Positions 17,252 to 27,358 of a DNA stretch of 29,589 bases are shown here, in pieces. The DNA is from an uncultured bacterium (GTDB lineage Bacteria > Oederibacteriota > PGYV01 > CAWJRG01). The translations under genes and the position numbers were made by a program. The DNA lies in NCBI GenBank assembly GCA_963845185.1, contig CAWJRG010000004.1, forward strand, positions 1 to 29,589, read 5' to 3'. Each line of letters begins with the position of its first letter. Position 1 is the stretch's first letter. The notes under the pieces were generated by a model that was given only the letters and a program-made list of their open reading frames with translations, did no database searches and was not told the origin of the DNA.

Positions 17252-20200
17252 ATGCCGAAATTTAAATGGCGCAAAATGCTTAGAGCCTGTGTACTGCCGG
17301 CAATTATAGCAGTCATGCCTGCATATATATATGCCGCGCAAAACTATACTGACGCGCTTAGTAAGTCGATTTATTATTACGGGGCGCAGCGCTGCGGAAC
17401 AACCAATTCCTGGATACACGGAGCATGCCATACAAATGACGGCTCGTCTGTAGGCATAGACCTGTCGGGAGGCTGGCATGACTGCGGGGACCACGTTAAA
17501 TTCGGCCAGACAAACGCGTATTCAGCGGCTTTGCTGCTGCTTGCGTTCAGTTATTTTTCTTCAGCATATCAGGACATTTACACTGCCACTGATACGGCAG
17601 GCAGCGACGGAATACCTGACCTGCTTAACGAAGTAAAAGTAGAAACTGATTATTTGCTGAAGGCATACAACGGAGGCAAAGTATATTACCAGGTAGGCGA
17701 CGGCGCTGCGGACCACACGCATTTTGTGACGCCGGAATACGAGTCAACAGCATATGCCACTGCAGCTGGCGGGGACCCGAGGAATTGTTATTCATTTACA
17801 TCAGGCGGGTCAAATGTCTGCGGCACAGCAGCAGCAGCCCTTGCCCTAATGTCCATATTATACAAGCAGTATGACGCGGCTTACGCTGCGCAGTGCTCGA
17901 CCACGGCAGTTGAATACTATAATGTCGGCAAGACAAACCCGGCCGCAATATCGGACGCAAACGGCGGGTCATTTTACAGCGCCTCGCACTGGGCAGGGCA
18001 CATGGCATGGGGAGCAATAGAGCTTTACAGGGCAACAGGCACCACATCATACCTGACAGACGCGCAGACTTACACATCAAACGGCGATTACAGCATGCCT
18101 ACAAACTGGGTGCTGTGCTGGAACAACTGCGAGCCTGCAGCTGATTTTGAATTATACAAGATGACAGGGACAGCCACTTACCTGACAAAAATGCAGTCCG
18201 AAGTCTCAAGCTACGAGAGCAAAATGACAACGTGTGGTATTGGTTCGTATGCCACGGTTAACAGCTGGGGAAACCTAAGATACACGGCAAATATGGCCTT
18301 GTGCGGCGCGTTCCTTGATTATATGACGACTGGAGGAGACACAACAGCGCTAAGCATGGCAAAAAACAGCACAGATTTCATATTAGGCACGCACGGGGCA
18401 ATAACTTCTGACGGGTCGATGGCAGGGCCCGGAGCTGCGCAGGGAGAATCATTCCTGGTAGGATACACAAACCCTGACTATACGTCTGCCGGATGTGTGC
18501 TGCACCCGCACCACAGGGCAGCGTTCGGGAAAACAACAACAGGCGACACAGATTTTACCACAGAGAGCACTACCCCGGGCTCGGTGGCGTATCTGCACCA
18601 GCTTGTAGGCTCATTACCGGGCGGGCCGATTAACAACTGTTCGGGATTTGAGGATAACATCGGCAAGTACGAAGTGACCGAAGGAGGGATAGATTACAAC
18701 GCAGGGGTTGTTGGAGCGCTGGCGTATATGGTACTGAAATACGGCACGCCGGCAATGTCACCCACGCCTACTTTTACGGCAGGCGCAGTAGCCACACGTA
18801 CCTTTACACCGACGCCGACCTTCACGTACACGCTGACAGCAACACGTACGCCAACAAGCACCCCAAGCCAGACGTTTACAGGGACAAGAACAAATACGCC
18901 GTCGCAGACATTTACGCCGACATATACATTTACGCTGACAGATACAAGTACATCTACGCGGACATTCACCGCGACACCTACACCGACATATACAGTAACT
19001 CTGACTTGGACAAATACGCCACAGAACACGGCAACATTAACGGCAACACGGACAAGCACATCAACGGCAACATTCACAACAACAAATACTCCGACATATA
19101 CAGTTACTCTGACGTGGACAAACACGCCACAGAATACAGCGACTTTAACGGCAACGCGGACAAGCACAAACACGCCGACATTCACTGCTACAAATACGCA
19201 GACATATACAGTAACTCTGACATGGGCAAACACGCCACAGAATACGGCGACTTTAACGGCAACACGGACAAGCACATCAACGGTAACATTCTCAACAACA
19301 AATACACCGACATATACAGTAACCCTGACATGGACGAACACGCCACAGAACACAGTAACTTTAACATCGACTGGCACAAGCACGGCGACATCTACGCCCA
19401 CAACGACAAGGACTAACACAACGACAAATACGCCGACATATACAGTAACCCTGACATGGACAAACACGCCACAGAATACAGTAACTTTAACATCGACTGG
19501 CACAAGCACGGCGACATCTACACCCACAACGACAAGGACTAACACAACGACAAATACGCCAACATATACAGTAACCCTGACATGGACGAACACGCCACAG
19601 AACACAGTAACTTTAACATCGACTGGCACAAGCACGGCGACATCTACGCCCACAACGACAAGAACTAACACAACGACAAATACGCCGACATATACAGTAA
19701 CCCTGACATGGACAAACACGCCACAGAACACAGTAACTTTAACATTGACTGGCACAAGCACGGCGACATCTACGCCCACAATGACAAGGACTAACACAAC
19801 GACAAATACTCCGACATATACAGTTACCCTGACGTGGACAAACACGCCTCAAAACACAGTAACTTTAACATCGACCGGCACAAGTACAGCGACATCTACG
19901 CCCACAACGACAAGGACTAACACAACGACAAATACGCCGACATATACAGTAACCCTGACATGGACAAACACGCCACAGAACACAGTAACTTTAACATCGA
20001 CTGGCACAAGCACGGCGACATCTACGCCCACAACGACAAGGACTAACACAACGACAAATACTCCGACATATACAGTTACCCTGACGTGGACGAACACGCC
20101 ACAGAATACAGTAACTTTAACATCGACTGGCACAAGCACGGCGACATTTACGCTCACAACGACAAGGACTAACACAACGACAAATACTCCGACATATACA

Positions 20201-22168
20201 GTTACCCTGACGTGGACGAACACGCCTCAAAACACAGTAACTTTAACATCGACTGGCACAAGCACGGCGACATTTACGCCCACGCCTACAAATACGCCTT
20301 CATTTACAGTAACATTGACTTTCACAAGAACAGTTACGCCAACATTTACCAATTCACCGGTGGTATCAGCAACGCCGACATTTACCAACATAGTGTTCAC
20401 ATGGACAATTACGCAAACATTCACCATATCGCCGACGATTACGTTGACAAGCACATTGACATCGACAGGAACAAATACAGTAACGCCAACATTAACGGTA
20501 ACCAGAACAAGCACGGCAACGCCGACATTTACGGCAACACTTACACCGACATACACAGTTACTTTGACCTGGACAAATACGCCACAGAACACAGCGACTT
20601 TAACAGCAACAGGCACAAATACGCCTTTGCCAACAGGGACAAGCACAGCAACGCCCACGCTCACGGCAACAAGGACATTCACAGAGACAAATACACCGAC
20701 ATACACAGTTACTTTGACCTGGACAAACACGCCACAGAACACAGCGACTTTAACTGTAACAGGCACAAATACGCCTTTGCCAACAGGGACAAGCACAGCA
20801 ACAAGGACATTCACAGCGACAAATACGCCGACATACACGCTTACTGCTACAGAGTCTTCTACGCCATCGGCTACGGCGACATTGACATCCACGCCGACAA
20901 ATACACCTTCATATACAATAACATTGACTTTTACATTAACGGTTACGCCAACATTTACCAATTCACCGGTGGTATCAGCAACGCCGACATTTACCAACAT
21001 AGTGTTCACATGGACAATTACGCAAACATTCACCATATCGCCGACAATTACATTGACAAACACGCCAACATTGACTGGAACAATGACAAATACCCCGTCG
21101 TATACGCCGAGCGATACGCCGGCAAATACAGAGACAGACACGCCCGTTAACACAGAGACAAGTACGCCGGTAAATACAACAACAGACACACCAGTTAATA
21201 CGGATACAGATACGCCTGTTGTTTCAGCAACACCTACTTATACAGCGACAATTTTTACGCCGACAATCTCACCGACATTTACCATAACGCCGACAATAAC
21301 ATTAACAGATACACCTTCATTTACAGACACGCCGACTTTAACGGCAACCGGGACAAATACGCCTAAGAATACAGCAACAAGTACAGTGACGCCTACTGTG
21401 GGAGCCAACCTTGTGGCAGCTATAAATATTTTACCGGGGAGCGCAATGATCGGCCAGGATATAACAGTGATAATGCAGGTAGTAAATACAGGGACAAATG
21501 GAGTGAATAGCTTGCAGCCTTCAGCGCTGGCTCAAACAGGCGGCGGAACAGCTGTACTTGTAAGCGGGCCAATTCCTGCAAGCACTGCAATAGCCTCAGG
21601 GTCAGCAGGTTCATTTACATGGGTATATACAGTGACTTCTGTGGCAGGTGATATAACATTCAGCGGTGCAGCCAGCGGCACAGACGCAATAAACGGCACA
21701 ACAGTATCAACTTCATCAGTGTCGAGTAGCCCTTTAATATGCGTGACAGCCACGGCAACAATAGCAAATTCAATTACAATTACCGTAACGCCTACATATA
21801 CAATAACGCCGAGTATTACAACGACAAATCCAGTAGCGACAGCCAGCTTTACGCCGACAAACCAGGTTCCTGTTTTGACTTTGACAGCGACAATTGTTAT
21901 CGCAGAACCGCCAAGGATATATCCAAATCCGGTTAAAGACAAGTTCAGGTATGTATTTACTTTGTCAGAAGACGCGGATATAGAAATAACAATATATACG
22001 GTGGCATTCAGGTTAATAGCAAAATTTGACCAGAGGCAGAGCGCAGGGTTAAACACTATCGTAATAGACACGAAAGGCCTTGCAAACGGCACATATTTTA
22101 TTGTGTATAATCAGAAAGGCCAGACAACAAATAAGAAGAAAGTTGATAAATTTATTGTATTGAAATAA
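17252..22168 (+). CDS. Secreted GH9 endoglucanase with long Thr-rich repeat stalk, Ig-like domain and T9SS-like C-terminal domain
   Basis: Signal peptide and GH9 motifs [21 protein letters not shown] and [12 protein letters not shown]. Thr-X region ~18750-21400, Ig/DUF11-like region ~21404-21720, tail IYPNP...GLANGTY...KFIVLK. ATG 17252 follows AAGGAG. Confidence 0.92.
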   Translation: MPKFKWRKMLRACVLPAIIAVMPAYIYAAQNYTDALSKSIYYYGAQRCGTTNSWIHGACHTNDGSSVGIDLSGGWHDCGDHVKFGQTNAYSAALLLLAFSYFSSAYQDIYTATDTAGSDGIPDLLNEVKVETDYLLKAYNGGKVYYQVGDGAADHTHFVTPEYESTAYATAAGGDPRNCYSFTSGGSNVCGTAAAALALMSILYKQYDAAYAAQCSTTAVEYYNVGKTNPAAISDANGGSFYSASHWAGHMAWGAIELYRATGTTSYLTDAQTYTSNGDYSMPTNWVLCWNNCEPAADFELYKMTGTATYLTKMQSEVSSYESKMTTCGIGSYATVNSWGNLRYTANMALCGAFLDYMTTGGDTTALSMAKNSTDFILGTHGAITSDGSMAGPGAAQGESFLVGYTNPDYTSAGCVLHPHHRAAFGKTTTGDTDFTTESTTPGSVAYLHQLVGSLPGGPINNCSGFEDNIGKYEVTEGGIDYNAGVVGALAYMVLKYGTPAMSPTPTFTAGAVATRTFTPTPTFTYTLTATRTPTSTPSQTFTGTRTNTPSQTFTPTYTFTLTDTSTSTRTFTATPTPTYTVTLTWTNTPQNTATLTATRTSTSTATFTTTNTPTYTVTLTWTNTPQNTATLTATRTSTNTPTFTATNTQTYTVTLTWANTPQNTATLTATRTSTSTVTFSTTNTPTYTVTLTWTNTPQNTVTLTSTGTSTATSTPTTTRTNTTTNTPTYTVTLTWTNTPQNTVTLTSTGTSTATSTPTTTRTNTTTNTPTYTVTLTWTNTPQNTVTLTSTGTSTATSTPTTTRTNTTTNTPTYTVTLTWTNTPQNTVTLTLTGTSTATSTPTMTRTNTTTNTPTYTVTLTWTNTPQNTVTLTSTGTSTATSTPTTTRTNTTTNTPTYTVTLTWTNTPQNTVTLTSTGTSTATSTPTTTRTNTTTNTPTYTVTLTWTNTPQNTVTLTSTGTSTATFTLTTTRTNTTTNTPTYTVTLTWTNTPQNTVTLTSTGTSTATFTPTPTNTPSFTVTLTFTRTVTPTFTNSPVVSATPTFTNIVFTWTITQTFTISPTITLTSTLTSTGTNTVTPTLTVTRTSTATPTFTATLTPTYTVTLTWTNTPQNTATLTATGTNTPLPTGTSTATPTLTATRTFTETNTPTYTVTLTWTNTPQNTATLTVTGTNTPLPTGTSTATRTFTATNTPTYTLTATESSTPSATATLTSTPTNTPSYTITLTFTLTVTPTFTNSPVVSATPTFTNIVFTWTITQTFTISPTITLTNTPTLTGTMTNTPSYTPSDTPANTETDTPVNTETSTPVNTTTDTPVNTDTDTPVVSATPTYTATIFTPTISPTFTITPTITLTDTPSFTDTPTLTATGTNTPKNTATSTVTPTVGANLVAAINILPGSAMIGQDITVIMQVVNTGTNGVNSLQPSALAQTGGGTAVLVSGPIPASTAIASGSAGSFTWVYTVTSVAGDITFSGAASGTDAINGTTVSTSSVSSSPLICVTATATIANSITITVTPTYTITPSITTTNPVATASFTPTNQVPVLTLTATIVIAEPPRIYPNPVKDKFRYVFTLSEDADIEITIYTVAFRLIAKFDQRQSAGLNTIVIDTKGLANGTYFIVYNQKGQTTNKKKVDKFIVLK
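18987..20290 (+). repeat. Intragenic tandem array: 3 x 108 bp, then 7 x 126 bp plus a partial unit
   Basis: Anchor CATATACAGT recurs at 18987, 19095, 19203 and 19311 (108-bp period), then at 19437, 19563, 19689, 19815, 19941, 20067 and 20193 (126-bp period). Confidence 0.95.
20333..21045 (+). repeat. Dispersed intragenic duplications in the GH9 stalk
   Basis: A ~100-bp identical block at 20333 and 20942 (609 bp apart), and a 150-bp-period pair starting at 20543 and 20693. Confidence 0.85.
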
Positions 22169-22292
22169 AGAAAAAATTTGGTGTAATTTCATTTACAAAC
22201 AGTAATTAAGTCATTTTTTATTAAATTTTTTAAAACCTTTATTCATATAAAATACTATATAGGAACCTATTATTCGGCCTTTTATATACCTT

Positions 22293-22835
22293 CTATTCCC
22301 CGTATAACACTTTTAACTGCTCAACTGACGGCTTGCCCTCGTAGAACTCACCCTGAGGCCCTATATATCCTGTTTTGAATTTTTTAAGGGTTACAGGGGT
22401 AAAACCGCCGTGAGAGTCTGGGATGTTAATTGTAATTTTCTTTCCTGATTTGTCTGTTGTTTGCGAAGCAGTAGGCGATGTTGCCGACGCTGCCTGCTGG
22501 TCTGAACCTGCAACAGGCGCAGGCACAACGACATACCCGTCAGGTATTGCCCTGTAGTAAATGTTGCCGTAATAGTAGTAAGGATAGCCGTCTATAATCA
22601 CTGTGCTGTAACCATAAGGGAGCACCTCAACAAACGTGCCTATTGGCATTCCGACATACCATCCGGCGCGGGGCCCGTACCACCCGTACCAGCCCCTGCC
22701 ATACCAGCCTCCGCCATACCGGTAATGCTCGCCGCCCCTCCATGCTGAAAGGCTGGAAGCGGGTATTAAAAACATCAGGCAAAGCAGGCCTGCAAGCCAT
22801 AATTTGAAATTTGTTTTGGAAAATTGTTTTTTCAT
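22293..22835 (-). CDS. Secreted DUF6515-like protein with Gly/Trp/Tyr-rich N-terminus
   Basis: Signal peptide; LPYGYSTVIIDGYPYYYYGNIYYR...GYVVVPAP; RBS AGGAG. The paralog remnant differs mostly at synonymous sites, supporting this reading frame. Confidence 0.7.
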   Translation of the reverse strand: MKKQFSKTNFKLWLAGLLCLMFLIPASSLSAWRGGEHYRYGGGWYGRGWYGWYGPRAGWYVGMPIGTFVEVLPYGYSTVIIDGYPYYYYGNIYYRAIPDGYVVVPAPVAGSDQQAASATSPTASQTTDKSGKKITINIPDSHGGFTPVTLKKFKTGYIGPQGEFYEGKPSVEQLKVLYGE

Positions 22836-22873
22836 TTTTGGCTCCTTTTAAAAATTATCATCTCTATATTACA

Positions 22874-22903
22874 ATTATACACCCTGCATCCAAAAAAAGT
22901 CAA
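22874..22903 (-). promoter_or_regulatory. sigma70-type promoter (leftward)
   Basis: Minus strand TTGACT, 18-bp spacer, TATAAT, upstream of ATG 22835. Confidence 0.55.
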
Positions 22904-22970
22904 ATTTTTTGATTCTGCATATATCAATATTTTAGACGAATACTGGTTATTATCTGTTCCTTAGCATGAC

Positions 22971-22999
22971 TTGAATTAGGGCAAAATATAGAGTATAAT
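22971..22999 (+). promoter_or_regulatory. sigma70-type promoter (rightward)
   Basis: TTGAAT (22971-22976), 17-bp spacer, TATAAT (22994-22999). Confidence 0.6.
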
Positions 23000-23056
23000 T
23001 TACATATAAATAGTTAAAAATAAAACGAAATTTTTGGGGCAGAAGGAGAAAAGAAA

Positions 23057-26038
23057 GTGAAAAAATTGCTTGCTGCTCTGCGTGTTACAGCCTGGAAAAC
23101 GGCAATTGTTTTACTCGTTGTTTTTTGCTTATTCTCAATCAGCCGTGCGTGGACTACGCTGGGCATGGGCGGAGGAGGCGCGCAATACGCCCCGTCCATC
23201 TCGCCTTTAAACCCCAACCTCAGGTTCATAGGCTGCGACATGTCAGGCTGGTACCGTTCCACAGACGGGGGCAATACATGGAACAACCTGGATTTTTTCC
23301 AGATAAGCACGCACGTGGATTATGATTACAACAACGGCGTAATGTGCGACATGGCTTTTCACCCCACAAATGCCAGTACAATATATGGTTATGGGTTCCA
23401 GCAGGACACGCAGGACAATCCGGCAAATCTTTTGGTCAGTAACGACGGCGGGGTCACGTGGTCAGTGCTCGGCTCAAATTCGCCGTGGACGGGTAACGGC
23501 GCAGGCGGCCGTGTGACACAAATTTATATTGACCGCGGCAATCCGAACTTAATACTCATAGGCAGTGATAACGGCATTTATATAAGCACAAACGGCGGTG
23601 CAAGCTTCAAAGCTACAACCGGCAGTTCGGGCTACATCAACGGCATTATGATTGACCAGTCAAGCCCTGTTGCAAGCAGGGTGTGCTATGCGGGCGCAGG
23701 GGAAATAAATTATGACTGGTATGCCACGGTTCCAACCGGTGTTTTCAAATCCTTTGACGGCGGCAATACATGGGCACCTGCAAACAACGGGCTGCCGACT
23801 ACGCAGGTGCCGTCAAGCAGCGCGCTGTATCCGGCGTACGGGCCAATGACAGCGAGTTTCGCGGGCACCAGCACAGCAAGCGGTGCGCGCATGTGGGTAG
23901 TGGACGCTGTCACCAATAATATTTACACTTCCACTGACGCTTCATTATGGACTCTCACGTCAGCTTCTACATCCTCGGACGCAGGCACATTTTTGCAGAT
24001 AGCCAGCGCTGACAACGACACAAGCACGGTTTACTGCACAAACAGCAATAACCGTGATATCTGGAAAAGTACTGACGGCGGGGGTACGTGGGCAATGGTT
24101 TTTAACGACAACTCAAACCCTGTGACAAACGCAACGCTTGGCTGGATAGATTATGACCTCAGCTTTTCAGGCTGGTGCTCGCCTGTTGACAGTATCAGCG
24201 TCAACAGCGCTGATTCGTCCCAGGTAATGTTTTCCGATCTGGGAGAAAACGTCACAAGCAACAACGGAGGGGGGCAGTGGAATGAAACCTATTCAAACTA
24301 CGCAGATACTTTGCCAATGGCACAGAGCCAGAAGTGGTCATCGCGCGGCCTGGAAGTCACAAGCGTGTTCCAGTACGCAATAGACCCGAACAATTCAAAT
24401 TACAATTACATATGCGCTTCGGACATAGGATTCTGTTATTCATCCGACGCTGGACAGACCTGGCACAACACAGCGCGGCGCATAGACGGCACTGTTACAT
24501 CGCGGTGGACAGAAACATTTTATCAGGTGGAGTTTAACCCCACAGCAGGAACTATATTTGCTGCGGTATCCAGCCTGCACGATTTGGACCACTCTTCGCC
24601 GCTTGGAAGCTGGGGCGAGGGAGGCGTGCTTAAGAGCACAAATTACGGCGCTACATGGACAAATGCCTCAACCGGCCTGCCTGTGGCAAACCCAAACAGT
24701 TCGCCTGCAATTACTTCGCTGGCAACCTCTATAGTATATGACTCGGCAGGCACAGGCACGTATTATGTGGCTATGTGGGCACAGGGAGTGTATAAATCCA
24801 CGAACAACTGCGCAAGCTGGACTGCCTGCGCGCCTGTGGCAATAGGCACTAATAAAAACGTGTATTCACTCAAGCTTGCCGGCGGCAATCTGTACTGCCT
24901 GCTTTCAGGCGACGGCAAGGGCTTTAACAATCCGGGCGGGCTTTTTGTGTCTTCGGACCACGGCGCAAGCTGGAACAACATCGCCACCAGCGTTACGGGC
25001 GGGCTTCCGCTGTACTATCCGACTGATTTTGACGTGAACCCTGCAAATAACAATATTATCTTTATAGCGGCGCAGGACTTCTGGAGTTCCAGCTTCTCTT
25101 ACAGCCAGGAGCTGCAGGGCGGCTGTTACCGGACTACTAACGGCGGTACGGCCTGGACACAGATGAACATCCCTGTGCCGCCTGTGGGCAGCGCGCCGCA
25201 GGGTAATACGCCATATGGCTATGCGCCGAGCATTGACCCGGGCAATACAAACACGGTTTACTACAGTACTGAGAACCAGGGATTTTTTCAGAGCCTTGAC
25301 AACGGCAATACATGGGCGCGGGTGACTGATTTGCCATTCGGCTCAATCCAGCACATCAACTTCGGCGCAGGAAACATATACGTGGGCACATTCGGCTGCG
25401 GTGTATGGCAAAAGGCATTTGGCACTGCCACATCTACACCTGTTGTTTCGCCTACACCGACAAAAACAAGCACACCAATTATCAGCCCTACGCAGACCAG
25501 GACTGATACTGCGAGTGTGACAAACTCGCCTACATTTACATATACGATGACTATAACACAGACAAATACGCCAACACAGACAGATACGCCGGTACCGCCG
25601 GGTTCGACAATGACAATCACGCCGACATTGAGTGCCACGTGCACCATGTTGAGTGCCACGCCGACTGAAACAAATACACCAACACCTGTACCGGCAATCA
25701 CAAGCTCGCCGACTTCGGAGCCGGCAGGGCCGCTGAAAATCGGGCCGATAAGACTTTATCCCAACCCGATAAACCCTGACGCTACGGATAACCTGAATAT
25801 AACCCTTAGCCTGACAGGCGCAGTGCCGGACAAGATAACAGTGTACATATATACGGCCGGGTTCAGGCTCGTGAGGCATAAGGTGTTTGGCAGCGCAGAT
25901 TTTGCAGGAGGAATTCTGGCCTATAACTGCAATGACTTAAAAGGACTGGCAGCAGGCACTTATTATTATAATGTTATTGCTGAAAAGGCAGGAGAAAAAT
26001 CAACTTCAGCGGCTGACGTCCTTGTAATTTTAAGATAA
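23057..26038 (+). CDS. Secreted GH74-like (BNR/Asp-box beta-propeller) glycosyl hydrolase with Thr-rich linker and T9SS-like C-terminal domain
   Basis: Signal peptide; W-x-x-LGMGGGG start; about a dozen S/T-x-D/N-x-G-x-x-W boxes. CDMSG and SDIG lie at the two GH74 catalytic-Asp-like positions. Tail LYPNP...GLAAGTY...LVILR. Confidence 0.75.
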   Translation: MKKLLAALRVTAWKTAIVLLVVFCLFSISRAWTTLGMGGGGAQYAPSISPLNPNLRFIGCDMSGWYRSTDGGNTWNNLDFFQISTHVDYDYNNGVMCDMAFHPTNASTIYGYGFQQDTQDNPANLLVSNDGGVTWSVLGSNSPWTGNGAGGRVTQIYIDRGNPNLILIGSDNGIYISTNGGASFKATTGSSGYINGIMIDQSSPVASRVCYAGAGEINYDWYATVPTGVFKSFDGGNTWAPANNGLPTTQVPSSSALYPAYGPMTASFAGTSTASGARMWVVDAVTNNIYTSTDASLWTLTSASTSSDAGTFLQIASADNDTSTVYCTNSNNRDIWKSTDGGGTWAMVFNDNSNPVTNATLGWIDYDLSFSGWCSPVDSISVNSADSSQVMFSDLGENVTSNNGGGQWNETYSNYADTLPMAQSQKWSSRGLEVTSVFQYAIDPNNSNYNYICASDIGFCYSSDAGQTWHNTARRIDGTVTSRWTETFYQVEFNPTAGTIFAAVSSLHDLDHSSPLGSWGEGGVLKSTNYGATWTNASTGLPVANPNSSPAITSLATSIVYDSAGTGTYYVAMWAQGVYKSTNNCASWTACAPVAIGTNKNVYSLKLAGGNLYCLLSGDGKGFNNPGGLFVSSDHGASWNNIATSVTGGLPLYYPTDFDVNPANNNIIFIAAQDFWSSSFSYSQELQGGCYRTTNGGTAWTQMNIPVPPVGSAPQGNTPYGYAPSIDPGNTNTVYYSTENQGFFQSLDNGNTWARVTDLPFGSIQHINFGAGNIYVGTFGCGVWQKAFGTATSTPVVSPTPTKTSTPIISPTQTRTDTASVTNSPTFTYTMTITQTNTPTQTDTPVPPGSTMTITPTLSATCTMLSATPTETNTPTPVPAITSSPTSEPAGPLKIGPIRLYPNPINPDATDNLNITLSLTGAVPDKITVYIYTAGFRLVRHKVFGSADFAGGILAYNCNDLKGLAAGTYYYNVIAEKAGEKSTSAADVLVILR

Positions 26039-26057
26039 TTTTTGAATCCTTATCGTC

Positions 26058-26245
26058 TCCTCTCCCTCGATGGGAGAGGATAAAGGAGAGGGTGAAGTAG
26101 AGGCAACAACTATTTAAATTAGGCTAAAGACAGAATGTGAAATAAGAGAAGAGCTTTTTGGGATCTGATGTTGGTATAAAGTTATACGGAATCGCTGCTA
26201 CCTCACCCTCATCCCGACCTTCCCCCGTCGAGGGGGAAGGGGAAG
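26058..26245. repeat. REP-like inverted doublet, copy 2 (first hairpin may terminate the GH74-like gene)
   Basis: Unit tcctctccc-tcgat-gggagagga...gagggtgaagtag (26058-26100) and inverted unit ctacctcaccctcatcccgaccttccccc-gtcga-gggggaagg (26198-26240). Confidence 0.75.
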
Positions 26246-26362
26246 TTTTTGAACCCTTCGACAAACAGACTGTGTCATAATGTTTTTGTAGTCTGAAACG
26301 ATATTTGACAGATAAAAAATGGTATAATGTCTCCAGAAAACACATCAGAAAAGGAGACAAAA

Positions 26363-27325
26363 ATGGCATACCGATATGGAGACCGAAGTCAGTTGACAAT
26401 GTTTCCGCAGAGCATAGAAGAATATGTAGGGGAAGATGATCCTGTAAGGGCGTACGACGCGTTCGTAAAGGCGTTGAAAATGGAAGAACTTGGGATAGTA
26501 ATAGATGAAACGCAAATGGGAAATTTGGAATACGACCCTGAGGCTATGATAAAATTGCTGGTATACGGATATTCATACGGGACACGAAGTTCGAGAAAAC
26601 TGGAAAGAGCGACGCATCATAATGTGTCTTTTATGTGGCTGCTGGGAGGATTGAAGCCGGATCATAAAACAATAGCAAGGTTTCGAAAAGACAACCGGGA
26701 AATGTTGAAAAACGTGATGAAACAAAGCGCAAAGATGTGTATGAAACTGGGATTGATAGAAGGAAACACGCTATTTGTAGACGGGAGCAAGATAAGGGCG
26801 AACGCGTCGATAAATAACACATGGACAATGGAGCGGTGTGAAAAAAGGATAAAGAAGATAGAAGAAAACATAGAAGCGATAATAAAGGAGAGCGAAAAGA
26901 TAGACGAGGAAGAAAGCGGCGCTGAATCACTGGTAAAGATGAAGGAAAAATTAAGAGGCAAAGAGAAATTAAAAGCAAAGATAAAAGAGGTAATGGAAGA
27001 AATAAGGAACGAGGGGAAAAAGTCGATAAATACGACAGACAAGGAATGCGTGAAAGTAAAAGGGCGTCAGGGAACGCATGCGGGATATAACGGGCAGATA
27101 GTGGTAGATGAAAGACACGGACTGATAGTGCATAGCGACGTAGTAAACGAAAGCAATGACCGCAAGCAATTCGGGAGTCAGATTGAAGAAGCGGCGAAAA
27201 CAGTTGAAAACAAATGCAAAAATGCGTGTGGGGATGCCGGATATGCCAGCATAGAAGAAATGAAAAAGATACACGACAAAGACATAAATGTAATAGTACC
27301 TTCTCAGGAACAGGTAGAGAAAAAA
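26363..27325 (+). pseudogene. IS1182-family DDE transposase, interrupted
   Basis: Motifs YGYSYGTRSSRKLE, PDHKTIARFR, VDGSKI, TTDKE, GYNGQ and GDAGY. The C-terminal Glu region is absent and the frame reads into the IS3 element until the stop at 27448. Confidence 0.9.
26557..27325 (+). repeat. 769-bp direct repeat, copy 1
   Basis: Near-identical to 28821-29589. Confidence 0.95.
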
Positions 27326-27358
27326 GCGGAGTTTTTCAGCTTAATTGACCTCAAACCG

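Larger units (their letters stand above)
26266..27325 (+). mobile_element. IS1182-family element, left part
   Basis: CAGACTGTGTCATAA resembles an IS1182-type left end, followed by extended -10 TGGTATAAT, RBS AAGGAG and the transposase. Confidence 0.75.

Noticed and set aside
18987..20290. CRISPR array
   Set aside because: The units are contiguous in-frame coding repeats with no unique spacers, and no cas genes are present.
18694..21189. Long Val-rich minus-strand ORFs and alternative-frame His/Asp/Asn-rich ORFs
   Set aside because: These are shadows of the ACN-rich Thr repeats in the GH9 gene.
26124..26399. 91-aa minus-strand ORF
   Set aside because: It spans the REP hairpin and the IS end (PSPSTGEGRDEG is translated repeat), so it is not a credible gene.
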